Part shown: positions 22,064 through 31,366 of the stretch, piece after piece
Layout of the letters: each line of letters begins with the position of its first letter
How positions within the stretch are numbered: the first letter of the stretch is position 1
IMG/VR virus record: IMGVR_UViG_3300032229_000759
Span: 32,001-96,000 of that record
DNA length: 64,000 bases
Reading direction: 5' to 3' (one strand)
Origin: a virus
Program-made: the position numbers and the translations under genes
Notes under the pieces: model-generated
What the model saw: only the letters and a program-made list of their open reading frames with translations
The model's database searches: none
Told to the model about the DNA's origin: nothing

Positions 22064-23003
22064 AACGCAAAACCTCTGTTGGTTCTAATCCATATATAGC
22101 AGTATATTGATTAGTGGTGATTTCTCCTTTGTTGTTAATTAACACAGTAACAGGAACCCTGCTATTACCAGACCAACTTTTGAAAAAATGTAGTCCAATA
22201 ACAACCTCTCCTTTAGGCTGGCTGTTTTTGGGCCAAAAAATATTTTCTACCGGCTTATCAGTTAAGTCTGTTGGAAACGCGTTTTTATCAACGTCTAAGA
22301 ACACCCCGTCTATACCATTTCTATACATCCAGCATATATAGCTGTATGAGTTTATTTTAGTAGACTTATAATTAACATGCAAATCTATATCGTCTGTGGT
22401 ATTCCAGGCTATAGAAATTTGTAAATCTCCAGTGCCAGCATTAGATTTTTTGAGACGTTTTTGTATTTCTCTAATATGGCCATTATCACCAGTACCTTGG
22501 TCACCAGTCCCAAGCCCCCTAGATGCTGTATAAGAGCCCTGGGTTGGCTTTGCTGCGGGTTGTTTAATATTTTGGGGTGTCTGATCGGGTACTAACTTAT
22601 TTAAAATTTGAGGATCCAAAGAGGCGACATATGCTGTTTCAGAACTATTGTCCGCAACATCAAGTTCGGGGAATTTAACATCAACCGATTCTTCATGAAC
22701 TACAGCATCAACCATCTTAGAACTTGCGCTTTGACCGATTAGAGATTCTTGTGCTTGATCCTCTAATATTTCTATTGATGGAAATTCTTCATGAGATACT
22801 TGCTGGTCTGTTTGAGTATTAAATGACAAGGTTAATACTATGGGCTTAGTATCATTTTCGCCTAAAGATATCAGGGCTAGTATTAATAGTAATACTGTAT
22901 GAAAAATGGAGCTTTGTAAAACACCACTATCGTATAGAGTTAAAACCCAATTGTCCCAGTAACTAAAGGAGTTTAACCTTTGTCCTGCTGATTTTTTTGC
23001 CAT
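22050..23003 (-). CDS. Membrane-anchored protein with YfaP/DUF2135-like C-terminal domain
   Basis: TM helix SSIFHTVLLLILALI, acidic linker, then GDLQISIAWNTTDDIDLHV..LDVD..PVENIFWP; likely start ATG 23003. Confidence 0.65.
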   Translation of the reverse strand: MAKKSAGQRLNSFSYWDNWVLTLYDSGVLQSSIFHTVLLLILALISLGENDTKPIVLTLSFNTQTDQQVSHEEFPSIEILEDQAQESLIGQSASSKMVDAVVHEESVDVKFPELDVADNSSETAYVASLDPQILNKLVPDQTPQNIKQPAAKPTQGSYTASRGLGTGDQGTGDNGHIREIQKRLKKSNAGTGDLQISIAWNTTDDIDLHVNYKSTKINSYSYICWMYRNGIDGVFLDVDKNAFPTDLTDKPVENIFWPKNSQPKGEVVIGLHFFKSWSGNSRVPVTVLINNKGEITTNQYTAIYGLEPTEVLRFKVN

Positions 23004-23305
23004 TTGTGCCAACCGTTGTTTGGTAACCAATTATTGTCATCATCTTTACGCTTAGGAAAGAGCGTTCCGCCTTTCTTATGCTGTCCAAAAGCTAATACTG
23101 CGCCACAATCAGCACATCTTAACTCATAATAATCATTGCCCTCTACGTTTCTTACTATAAATCTTAAGTTTTGACTCTTACATAGTCCACACTTTTCTTC
23201 AGAAAAAATCTCTTGAATCAAAGCTAATTCTTTAAAAATTTCTTTTTGTCCAGATGCTTCCAGCTCAAAAGACAATTTATCACTAGCTTTGTAAAAGACT
23301 TTCAT
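22973..23305 (-). CDS. Zinc-binding hypothetical protein
   Basis: 110 aa with CGLC and CADC pairs. Confidence 0.55.
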   Translation of the reverse strand: MKVFYKASDKLSFELEASGQKEIFKELALIQEIFSEEKCGLCKSQNLRFIVRNVEGNDYYELRCADCGAVLAFGQHKKGGTLFPKRKDDDNNWLPNNGWHKWQKNQQDKG

Positions 23306-23308
23306 AAG

Positions 23309-24040
23309 TTATTTCCATTGTGGGTTATAGCCTAACATATCTGTAGTAAGTTTTGATGTATCTTGCTGATAAGCGGTCAATTGTTGTATTACGCTAATAG
23401 CTTGATCATGTGATATATTATATATGTTATCATGGTCGATAGCAAGTGATTTTATTAAGTTATGCACATTAACGTTTAGCCTTTGTGCAATCACATCAAT
23501 AAAATTAATTTGATTAACGCTAATTTTAGAAACACTATTTTCATCAGGATGGTCTTCTATTTCCTTTGCTAATTCTTCTGCTGCTACTACCTTTCTTAGC
23601 TTTAGCGCTCTTCTTAAAGCACGACCTTCTGCTCTGGTTTCCGCTACTGCAACAGGATGATTTCTATAGATTTTATCACAATTCCCCCAATAAACATCTG
23701 CTGCTCCGTCTATAGTAATATGTTGCTCATTAGCTAAATATGTAATCGAATGTACTACCGTGGCTCTTTTTTCGTTACCGGGCTCAGGGGACTGAGTAAC
23801 ATTAGAAGTAGAACTGATGAGTATACAATTTAATGCTTCTTCAAATATGCGTCTTAGTCCGTCTGTTGTAGGATTGCCTTGTATTTTTTCGTCATCTGAA
23901 AGCAGACCAAGTACATAGTCTGTCCATGACAAATCACTAGTCTTGGGCTTATCAGTAGTTACCACGACCTCAGCATTCTTGACAACTCCATTTGTTTCAT
24001 TACTAACCACAGACGATTTCTTTTCTTTGTCCTTCGCCAT
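23309..24040 (-). CDS. Putative single-strand annealing protein (Sak/Rad52-like)
   Basis: Motif AVAETRAEGRALRRAL after a beta-hairpin and GAAD, resembling phage Sak-type annealases. Confidence 0.5.
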   Translation of the reverse strand: MAKDKEKKSSVVSNETNGVVKNAEVVVTTDKPKTSDLSWTDYVLGLLSDDEKIQGNPTTDGLRRIFEEALNCILISSTSNVTQSPEPGNEKRATVVHSITYLANEQHITIDGAADVYWGNCDKIYRNHPVAVAETRAEGRALRRALKLRKVVAAEELAKEIEDHPDENSVSKISVNQINFIDVIAQRLNVNVHNLIKSLAIDHDNIYNISHDQAISVIQQLTAYQQDTSKLTTDMLGYNPQWK

Positions 24041-24044
24041 TTAA

Positions 24045-24833
24045 TTAATCCTCTATTTCTATAAGACTATTTGTTTGATAAAGCTTATTATTGAGTACTT
24101 CTAATAATTTCTTATATAAGACGTTGCTACGAGCTTGTGAAAAATCATGAGTTTGTTTAATTCTAATTAGTTTAAGTCCTTTACCAATAATTAAACCGTT
24201 TTTCTTCTCGTCATATTTTTGATTTTTCTTCAAGGCATCTTCGCCCCATATGGGCAAAAAGTGTGATGGTCCATCCACCTCAATAGCCAAATTTATAGTA
24301 GGCAGAAAAAGGTCTATTTGCAACTTGGTATTTGATAATATTTGCTCTTTGTGAAAATCTACGTGCCAACCATCCACTAGTAACTTGTTTAATAGAAATT
24401 TTTCTAGCTTAGAACCAACCTTGCTACTAAGTCTAGCAGCATCATTCGCTGCTTTAACAATATTTTCTTTGTCTTCGATACTTAATTTTTCCCAGTTGGT
24501 TTTACTTTTTTGTTTTCTTTGTTTCAGTTCCTTTGCAGACAAACTCTCCCACGACTGCATCACCCCATTACCTATCTTATTTTTGGTGTCTTCACTTCTG
24601 GACATTCCTTTTGTGGGATGTTTATGCTTACCTGTAGATAGAGCGTTTTTTTGAGCAAGACTTTTGTCTCTGATCGGAACTTTGAATTTTTTTGCATCTC
24701 TTCTAATTTTATTAGCATATGTGTTATACTGTTCAGCAATATCGCCAAAGCTCATTTTTTTATTTAAATAAGTATCTAATATTAGCTGTTTTTTAGTCTT
24801 ATCATTCAGACTATCATAGTTTTGTGATGACAT
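24045..24833 (-). CDS. Vsr/DUF559-like endonuclease with HTH and NUMOD3-like motif
   Basis: N-terminal HTH, HPTKGMSRSEDTKNKIG, and C-terminal IDLFLPTINLAIEVDGPSHF..D..K..GLKLIRI. Confidence 0.65.
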   Translation of the reverse strand: MSSQNYDSLNDKTKKQLILDTYLNKKMSFGDIAEQYNTYANKIRRDAKKFKVPIRDKSLAQKNALSTGKHKHPTKGMSRSEDTKNKIGNGVMQSWESLSAKELKQRKQKSKTNWEKLSIEDKENIVKAANDAARLSSKVGSKLEKFLLNKLLVDGWHVDFHKEQILSNTKLQIDLFLPTINLAIEVDGPSHFLPIWGEDALKKNQKYDEKKNGLIIGKGLKLIRIKQTHDFSQARSNVLYKKLLEVLNNKLYQTNSLIEIED

Positions 24834-25281
24834 TATATATCTCCTCGCTATTGAATTCCGACATGAGAGACAGCGGCTGTTTCCAACATATGTTGCATAG
24901 TTCGTAGGTGTCTTTATTATTGGTGATTACTTCCAAGTTATTTTGCATATAAATGCTGTGCCAAAAACCATACGGCAGCCCGGGATTCTTTGACCATTCA
25001 GGTTCTGAAATATATAAGACCTGTTTTTTGGGACCCGGAAAAGTTTTAGTCAACATGGCACTTTTAGTATCAAATATAAATAAGATACCATCAAAATATT
25101 TAGCTTGTTGAATATGTAGTATATAGTATTTATGATTTAAATCTATATTATTAAATTGATTATTAAATAATACAATATTGCTATATGGTAATTTTTTGCA
25201 CAGCTCGTTTATACTATTCAGTATATTTTTTTGTTGCTCGTTGTCGGCAGCAATGTCTAACAAATAAAAGCCAATATCCAT
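24814..25281 (-). CDS. Hypothetical protein, possibly a GT-B-like half domain
   Basis: 155-aa Rossmann-like ORF at the end of glyco-cluster 1; no catalytic motif recognised. Confidence 0.35.
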   Translation of the reverse strand: MDIGFYLLDIAADNEQQKNILNSINELCKKLPYSNIVLFNNQFNNIDLNHKYYILHIQQAKYFDGILFIFDTKSAMLTKTFPGPKKQVLYISEPEWSKNPGLPYGFWHSIYMQNNLEVITNNKDTYELCNICWKQPLSLMSEFNSEEIYNVITKL

Positions 25282-25284
25282 GTT

Positions 25285-26073
25285 TTAATTTCCTTTCAGA
25301 GCTTTTAAGAATATGTTTTTTATAAATGCTCCATATGAAGATTGTGTTGAATCAAATGGCGCTAATGACCTTAGCTTAACAGACTTTATATTCTCTAGAA
25401 TGTCGCCTTCTATAGATATGTTTTGAATGCCACAAATTTGAGATTCTATATTATAGGAGTTGTCCAAATCTAGTAAATAAGAATAGCTATTAAATACTAA
25501 ATTGATATCTGGAGGAGATAACACACCCACATTTTGTGGGTTCTGATAATTAGCAGAATTAAATAAAACTATTTTTTCTTGACACTTAGGATATAAAACA
25601 TCAGACAGGACAGTGTCGTTTATTTCGTTATCGCTAGACAACATCACTGCTGTTTTATTATTTCTAGTCTGATTACTGAGCATAAAGATTTTATCATCAT
25701 ATAGTCTATCATATAGGCATTCATAGTCTGCAATCCGATCTGTGGCCATATTACTTCGTTTACCAACACACAGAATCTTATGCTTGTTCCAAAAGACTCC
25801 AATTTCATCATTTTTAATAGGAACATTAAGAAAAATACTAATCTTTACGTTGGCAGCATGATCTGTAATAAAATCATGCATTTCTTGAGAATACTCATTG
25901 GCTGGACCAATAATAATATCTGGTTTGTTTTGATGATAAACCTCAAATAAATTGCCGTGAAAATTCACAGCAGAAATATCATATTCATCAGAACTTAAAC
26001 TGAATAAGTTATGTAAAAATGACTTATATTCGTTTTCGTGGTTTAGATGTGCTAGTATTTTCTTTTTGGTCAT
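25285..26073 (-). CDS. Divergent glycosyltransferase-like protein (GT-B)
   Basis: KPDIII; C-terminal LVFNSYSYLLD..YNIESQICG resembles the GT-B EA.LCG segment. Confidence 0.4.
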   Translation of the reverse strand: MTKKKILAHLNHENEYKSFLHNLFSLSSDEYDISAVNFHGNLFEVYHQNKPDIIIGPANEYSQEMHDFITDHAANVKISIFLNVPIKNDEIGVFWNKHKILCVGKRSNMATDRIADYECLYDRLYDDKIFMLSNQTRNNKTAVMLSSDNEINDTVLSDVLYPKCQEKIVLFNSANYQNPQNVGVLSPPDINLVFNSYSYLLDLDNSYNIESQICGIQNISIEGDILENIKSVKLRSLAPFDSTQSSYGAFIKNIFLKALKGN

Positions 26074-26774
26074 TATGCGTACTCTTTAATTTTATTTTTA
26101 TCTTTTAAGCCGGTTATATGTATTAATTCGTCGTGGTTTAAAGCTAGTTCTTTATAACAAATATTGTGTCCAATAGATTTATTAATAATTTCAAATAAGA
26201 ACATATTGTCATAATATGTATCTATGTTATTGGCAATCGTTGTCAAGTCTTTATTACATAAATATACCATTCCAGACCAAATATGGGCGCCAATATCATA
26301 AAAGATATATTCTATATTGCCATTAGAATTGGATACTGAACCTAGAAATTTATGTTTCGTTTGATTTTTTTTTATTTTTTGAGACACAATCCAAGACTGA
26401 TCTGTATTTAAAATTTTATTTTTTTTACATCTAATCATAGTATCTATAGAAGTAATAAATAGTCCATCATATTTAGTATTGTCGTAGTGATCAATAATTA
26501 GCTTAAAAGCGTATCCTTGATTAGTAGTTAAAAAATAATTATTTAATATGATATTAATATGAGAAGGAATTTTTTTTTGTAGTTTTTCGTAACCAAAACC
26601 GGCAACTATGCTAATGTCGGTAGCTTCGCCCATAAACTTAACAACGTTATCTATTTGATGTAGTACTAATTCTTTGGCGTTATTATTAGGTTTAAGCAGT
26701 CCAATAGGCCCAAAAGACTTCATGCCCTTAGTAATTTCATAAGATAATATATATGACGCTATTTTATTTTTCAT
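26073..26774 (-). CDS. Degenerate nucleotidyltransferase-like protein (LicC/NTP_transferase fold)
   Basis: YILSYEITKGMKSFGPIGLL aligns with IILAAGxGxRMxSxxPKxLL; IVAGFGYEKL and N..F.TTN follow; the glycine-rich loop is altered. Confidence 0.5.
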   Translation of the reverse strand: MKNKIASYILSYEITKGMKSFGPIGLLKPNNNAKELVLHQIDNVVKFMGEATDISIVAGFGYEKLQKKIPSHINIILNNYFLTTNQGYAFKLIIDHYDNTKYDGLFITSIDTMIRCKKNKILNTDQSWIVSQKIKKNQTKHKFLGSVSNSNGNIEYIFYDIGAHIWSGMVYLCNKDLTTIANNIDTYYDNMFLFEIINKSIGHNICYKELALNHDELIHITGLKDKNKIKEYA

Positions 26775-27186
26775 TAATCTTTTGAATAACGGCTATGGAA
26801 TAAACATCATCTTGCATATTTTTGACAACCTCGAAGCCCGACACAGCATGAATAAAGGACAAGAAATCTGTATTAGTCCAACAAGACTTTAGTCCCAGCA
26901 CCAACTTAGCAAAATGCTCGCCATTAAAAGTACCAAACTTGATCTTGTGACAAATATTTTCTGGATTTAAAAAACGAACAGTTAATGTTCCACCCCTAGT
27001 CAATTTTTTAAGAGCTTCTATAAATATAGGATTTCTATCTTCTTGGGGTAATTTGTCGAGGGTTATAAAATTAATATTTTGAACATAGCCATTAGTAATT
27101 TGATTGAGATTACTAACATTAATATTAGAACAACCGTCTACTGAATCTTCTTTATCGTCTATTGTGATATTGATTTGATGAATCAT
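26764..27186 (-). CDS. Degenerate methyltransferase-like protein
   Basis: LKKLTRGGTLTV resembles the LKPGG motif; no GxGxG SAM-binding motif; 140 aa. Confidence 0.35.
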   Translation of the reverse strand: MIHQINITIDDKEDSVDGCSNINVSNLNQITNGYVQNINFITLDKLPQEDRNPIFIEALKKLTRGGTLTVRFLNPENICHKIKFGTFNGEHFAKLVLGLKSCWTNTDFLSFIHAVSGFEVVKNMQDDVYSIAVIQKINEK

Positions 27187-28109
27187 AAAATAAATGCCTT
27201 GTTGTTGGTTTGTACAATAACAGAATTAAATACCTTTGCAAAAGATTCGAAACTAAATTTATTTTTTATACTTATTGAACCATCTTCTGTGTTCTTTGGG
27301 TCAAGATTCTGAGTAACAATATTCATTAATTCATTTGGCTCATTAACAAAAACTAAGTTATCAATATCCCCATACTCTCTATTCACTGCTGGATGAGACA
27401 TAGTGACGCCCACACAACCAGCAGCCACAGCACATAAAAGATTAATAATATTATGTTCAGCTAAATCTATAACTACTTTATAGTGATTGAAAATCTCGTT
27501 AAGAGACTTTGTGGACATGCTGAGATTAGTTATAATGTCTCCTGACAAACCAGCATTTTTTGCTACGGCAGCAATTTGTTGAGCATACGGCAATCCTTCT
27601 GTGTTTATAACTAAAATGTCTTTTGTTCGTTCGTTGAACGGAGATAAACTTTTAAAGTTTGCTGGTATGCCATAATTGATTAGATAACTATTATCTAGTT
27701 TCCATGATTCTTGAGCAGCGCCGGTGAAGAATATTTTAACATCTTTTTTAAGTCTTTGATTAATAAGTGCTAGATCTTCTTTTTTAATATACGGAGGTCT
27801 GATTGAATGAGTGCATAAAATACCGTTTAAATGAAAATTTTTAAATGTATTATTTTGACTATAACCAATAATATTATTACTTATAGTTAAGTTGTAATTA
27901 TACAATGTGAGGTCTTTGGGCTCTAGATTGATTAGGTTGGGTATTGATATTGTGGGCTTGGCCTGAGCATTTACAATATTAAAATACTTATGATGATCTA
28001 ATGATACCAAGGTATGATCAAAACAATTATTTTGTGGAGCATATAGAATATTATATGGTTCCTGAGTAAATTTTTGTAGTATATTACCCGTAGTAAAACC
28101 TAGATACAT
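27183..28109 (-). CDS. Divergent GT-B (GT4-like) protein
   Basis: INYGIP..F, LNEIFNHYKVVID, and LLCAVAAGCVGVT where GT4 enzymes have LEAMAxG. Confidence 0.5.
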   Translation of the reverse strand: MYLGFTTGNILQKFTQEPYNILYAPQNNCFDHTLVSLDHHKYFNIVNAQAKPTISIPNLINLEPKDLTLYNYNLTISNNIIGYSQNNTFKNFHLNGILCTHSIRPPYIKKEDLALINQRLKKDVKIFFTGAAQESWKLDNSYLINYGIPANFKSLSPFNERTKDILVINTEGLPYAQQIAAVAKNAGLSGDIITNLSMSTKSLNEIFNHYKVVIDLAEHNIINLLCAVAAGCVGVTMSHPAVNREYGDIDNLVFVNEPNELMNIVTQNLDPKNTEDGSISIKNKFSFESFAKVFNSVIVQTNNKAFIL

Positions 28110-29227
28110 AGACGCTCTCCAATACTATGGTAACTAAATTGATCTATAATACTTTTACCGACTTCTCTTTTATCGGCAAGTTTTTGTTTCTCTGATTTGT
28201 GCATAGCGTAGACGGATCTCATATGCTCTATTAAATTGTACATATCTATTTTATACCAATATTCATGGGCATTATATAAATCAAATTCATTTGTTAGCGG
28301 CCTATTATTCAATATAACAGGTGTTTTATGACTTTTGATCAACCAGCCGTTATCGTTATTAATATAGTCGGTCATACCAGTATTGTTTGTCACAATAGGG
28401 GTTTTACCTAGAACCAGTGCTTCTGCTGCTGGTCTACAAAATGCTTCGCCCATAGAGGGCATTACAAAACAATCTCCAGAGTTATGTAATCCCACGATAT
28501 CTTTATCGGATAGTCTTTCTGTAATAATTAATTCTTTTTTGTATTTAGTACTAATATTAAGTTTTCTTTTTAAATTATCTATGTCTTTTTCGATAACTCG
28601 ATGAGATTCTGCTGGGCTCATGCCCCCAATACTACTTTTAATAATCAAAGACACCGGTTGTGTAATATCAAAAGCCAAATGAAAAGCTGTGACTAAATCC
28701 AAAACATTTTTACGTTCATTATATTCCCCTATAAAATAAAATTTAAAGGTTTTATCTATAGCAGGATGCAGAGTTAATTTATGAGTTTGATTATTTTTAA
28801 TAAAGTCTATGTCAAGAGGCTGGGATATAACCCTGATGGGCTTAATGACTCCAGACTTTTGTAGACACAATTTTTCTCTGTTGCTAGGTACCCAAACTTC
28901 ATCCATTTGATTGATATTATTAATACAGGTAGACTGTCCTATGTTATTGGTTTCTAAGACAAAGAGGCCTATATTTTTTGCATATTTTTTATTGAGAAAT
29001 AAATTATGGGGCAATACTTTTTGTATAACCACATCGTATTGATCAAAATAAGCATTCTCATACGCCAAGATTTGTTCATCTGGTTCGTATTCTGATGGAG
29101 CGCTGGTGAAAAAAATGGGCCTAGTAGTGAGATTGTTATACTTAGTGCCCAGGGCTTTTATATAGCTTTGTGTAGCTAAACCCCACCCATCATTTTGCCT
29201 ATACGGTCCTACAAATAAAATATTCAT
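28100..29227 (-). CDS. Glycosyltransferase family 4
   Basis: FYFIGEYNERKNV; DCFVMPSMGEAFCRPAAEALVLGKTPIVT (intact E-X7-E). Confidence 0.85.
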   Translation of the reverse strand: MNILFVGPYRQNDGWGLATQSYIKALGTKYNNLTTRPIFFTSAPSEYEPDEQILAYENAYFDQYDVVIQKVLPHNLFLNKKYAKNIGLFVLETNNIGQSTCINNINQMDEVWVPSNREKLCLQKSGVIKPIRVISQPLDIDFIKNNQTHKLTLHPAIDKTFKFYFIGEYNERKNVLDLVTAFHLAFDITQPVSLIIKSSIGGMSPAESHRVIEKDIDNLKRKLNISTKYKKELIITERLSDKDIVGLHNSGDCFVMPSMGEAFCRPAAEALVLGKTPIVTNNTGMTDYINNDNGWLIKSHKTPVILNNRPLTNEFDLYNAHEYWYKIDMYNLIEHMRSVYAMHKSEKQKLADKREVGKSIIDQFSYHSIGERLCI

Positions 29228-30903
29228 TCTTTTATATTTTCTTTCATATGAGCATATTGAATAAAGTCTTCATTTTTTAATTCTGGCAAATGATGCTTTG
29301 CGTTCTGAGCTAAGTTATTATTATTAATCATATTGTTAAGTACGGCTGTGGCCTTATCTAGACCGTAGGGTTCTGTTTGTATACCATTAATAGCGAATCC
29401 ATAGTCTAGGTCACGTATCATATTTAATAGCAATATAGAAGATGCGAACTGGTGATGGGGCATATGAGCTGATACCATCTTGGTAACAATATCGTATGGA
29501 TTTCTATTATTCACAGGTAAAGACTGTAAATCAATACTGTTCAATACGGGAAGATTTTCTGCCCATTTTCCTTGTAAACCAACCAATTGTACATTATCAA
29601 AATATTTTTCCCATTTTTCAGCAATATGGTCCCAATTATAGTGATCTTCTGTTAATTTTCTGGTTTCAAACCGTTTCTGTTCTTTCAGTACGCTGGGCAT
29701 AGCTTGGTATTCAGATAAAATTTCTATTAAATGGTTATTGTCTGGATATACTCTAATAGCTTTTGTCTCTAGTTCTTTAAAGCCTTGTCTAATTTTAATC
29801 GGATATCCATTGATTTTTCTGACAACATCACTCATCGCACTATAATCAACAGATGCTACTGGAACTCCACAAGAGGATGCTTCTACTTGAGGCATGCCGA
29901 AGCCTTCGCAAATAGCATATTGCACATAGATATCAAAAAGATTAATCACAACAGATAAATTTTGTGAAGAAATGCCTGAACTTACATTAGGCATAGAAAA
30001 AGATTTTTGACTACATTTTGGGCAATATGAAACAGGGTGCTGGTATAGGCTGGGTGCAAAGTATCCACAATTTTTACAACTATAAGTAAATAGTACTCTG
30101 TTGCCTACTTTATATTCTTTAAGTAGTTGAGGAATATCCCAACCCGCATCCGGATAGCTCGTATGCAAATACAGATAAGTCTTTTCTCCAATAGGATTTT
30201 TTTCTCTTTTGAATTTATGGAGTAATCCCTTAAGGCTGGAGAATAATTCTGGTACAAGTTTGCGTTTTTGATTACGCATAATACTGCCAATAATAAAGCT
30301 GTCCGGATCAAAACCAAAATGTTCTTTAAGACCCGATCTGTTGTCTATAGCTTTGAATGTATTAAGATCTACGCCGGGAGACGTAGTATCTATGTATCTA
30401 ATTTTATTATTGCTTTGTTCTAGCAGAGTATCTCTGCCGAAATCTGAGTAAGTAAAAATAGCGTCGGCGTGTAAGAATGTATCGAGCCATTCTTCTTGTT
30501 GTGGGGCAGAATCTACCGTGGGCATCAAGACCCAGTGATAAAATGGTCTTAATGGAGAGAATTGTTGGTATGAACTCATCCAATAATCTCTGACATCGAC
30601 TACTATATCGGGCTGAAAATCTAGAAGAACTCTTTCAAATCTCCATCTGCCGAATTGATTTTCCATAGAGCTATTATATTCTGAAGCCCTAGGGTCTTTA
30701 TCGTCAACAGCATTTGCATAATATCTCCAGTGAATACCCACGTCTTTAGGGTCGTTCACCTTTCCATAAGAAGCAAATTCTGCGATTTCGTACTTACCAG
30801 TACGATGCAGCCTTTGCAGTATTTCCCTAGCATAAGTACCAAAACCAGAATTTAAAAAACTAGCTTCGGAACACATCAAAATTTTAAGTTTGGTTTTAGA
30901 CAT
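29224..30903 (-). CDS. Glycosyltransferase family 4 with inserted zinc ribbon
   Basis: SGFG; PGVD; RNQKRK; CEGFGMPQVEASSCGVP (intact E-X7-E); CKNC..CPKC insert. Likely start ATG 30903. Confidence 0.85.
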   Translation of the reverse strand: MSKTKLKILMCSEASFLNSGFGTYAREILQRLHRTGKYEIAEFASYGKVNDPKDVGIHWRYYANAVDDKDPRASEYNSSMENQFGRWRFERVLLDFQPDIVVDVRDYWMSSYQQFSPLRPFYHWVLMPTVDSAPQQEEWLDTFLHADAIFTYSDFGRDTLLEQSNNKIRYIDTTSPGVDLNTFKAIDNRSGLKEHFGFDPDSFIIGSIMRNQKRKLVPELFSSLKGLLHKFKREKNPIGEKTYLYLHTSYPDAGWDIPQLLKEYKVGNRVLFTYSCKNCGYFAPSLYQHPVSYCPKCSQKSFSMPNVSSGISSQNLSVVINLFDIYVQYAICEGFGMPQVEASSCGVPVASVDYSAMSDVVRKINGYPIKIRQGFKELETKAIRVYPDNNHLIEILSEYQAMPSVLKEQKRFETRKLTEDHYNWDHIAEKWEKYFDNVQLVGLQGKWAENLPVLNSIDLQSLPVNNRNPYDIVTKMVSAHMPHHQFASSILLLNMIRDLDYGFAINGIQTEPYGLDKATAVLNNMINNNNLAQNAKHHLPELKNEDFIQYAHMKENIKE

Positions 30904-30940
30904 AGAAAAATGGGGGTGTGTTCGCACCCCCATCTCTTTT
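30904..30940 (-). terminator. Intrinsic terminator downstream of ssb
   Basis: Perfect 9-bp stem ATGGGGGTG/CACCCCCAT (30910-30933) with a 6-nt loop and T-runs on both strands. Confidence 0.75.
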
Positions 30941-30956
30941 TAGTGCATCTGATGGA

Positions 30957-31328
30957 TTAGAAACTTACAACTTCTTCATTAACTTCTTTGCTCTTCTTAG
31001 ATAGCTTAGTAATCTTAGAAAAGTTATTAACTCTAACCTTCAACGAGTTATGCTTAACTCCATCCTTTTCCCATGAATCATTACGTAATGATCCTTCTAC
31101 TAGAACCAGATCGCCCTTCTTGAAGGACTGTCCGATAATTTCTGCGCCACTATCCCATGCTTCACATGGTACAAAAGTTGTTACCTTGTCCTTTTCTCCA
31201 TTGGACTTGGTATACTCACGAGAAACAGCGACGGTAAAATTAACTACCGCAGTCTGCTTACCATTAGTATTAACAACACGCATTTCTGGATCACGAGCAA
31301 GATTACCACGTAAGATATTAATATTCAT
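30957..31328 (-). CDS. ssb: Single-stranded DNA-binding protein
   Basis: GNLARDPEMR, VNFTVAV, CEAW, KGDLVLVEGSLR..WEKDG; AAGGAG Shine-Dalgarno upstream. Confidence 0.93.
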   Translation of the reverse strand: MNINILRGNLARDPEMRVVNTNGKQTAVVNFTVAVSREYTKSNGEKDKVTTFVPCEAWDSGAEIIGQSFKKGDLVLVEGSLRNDSWEKDGVKHNSLKVRVNNFSKITKLSKKSKEVNEEVVSF

Positions 31329-31366
31329 TTATTTCTCCTTGAAAAAAATAACCAATGTACTACACT

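Noticed and set aside
30904-30933. ORF-track N-terminal extension MGVRTHPHFS of the GT4
   Set aside because: That ATG lies within the terminator stem; ATG 30903 gives a typical GT4 start (KLKILMCSE).
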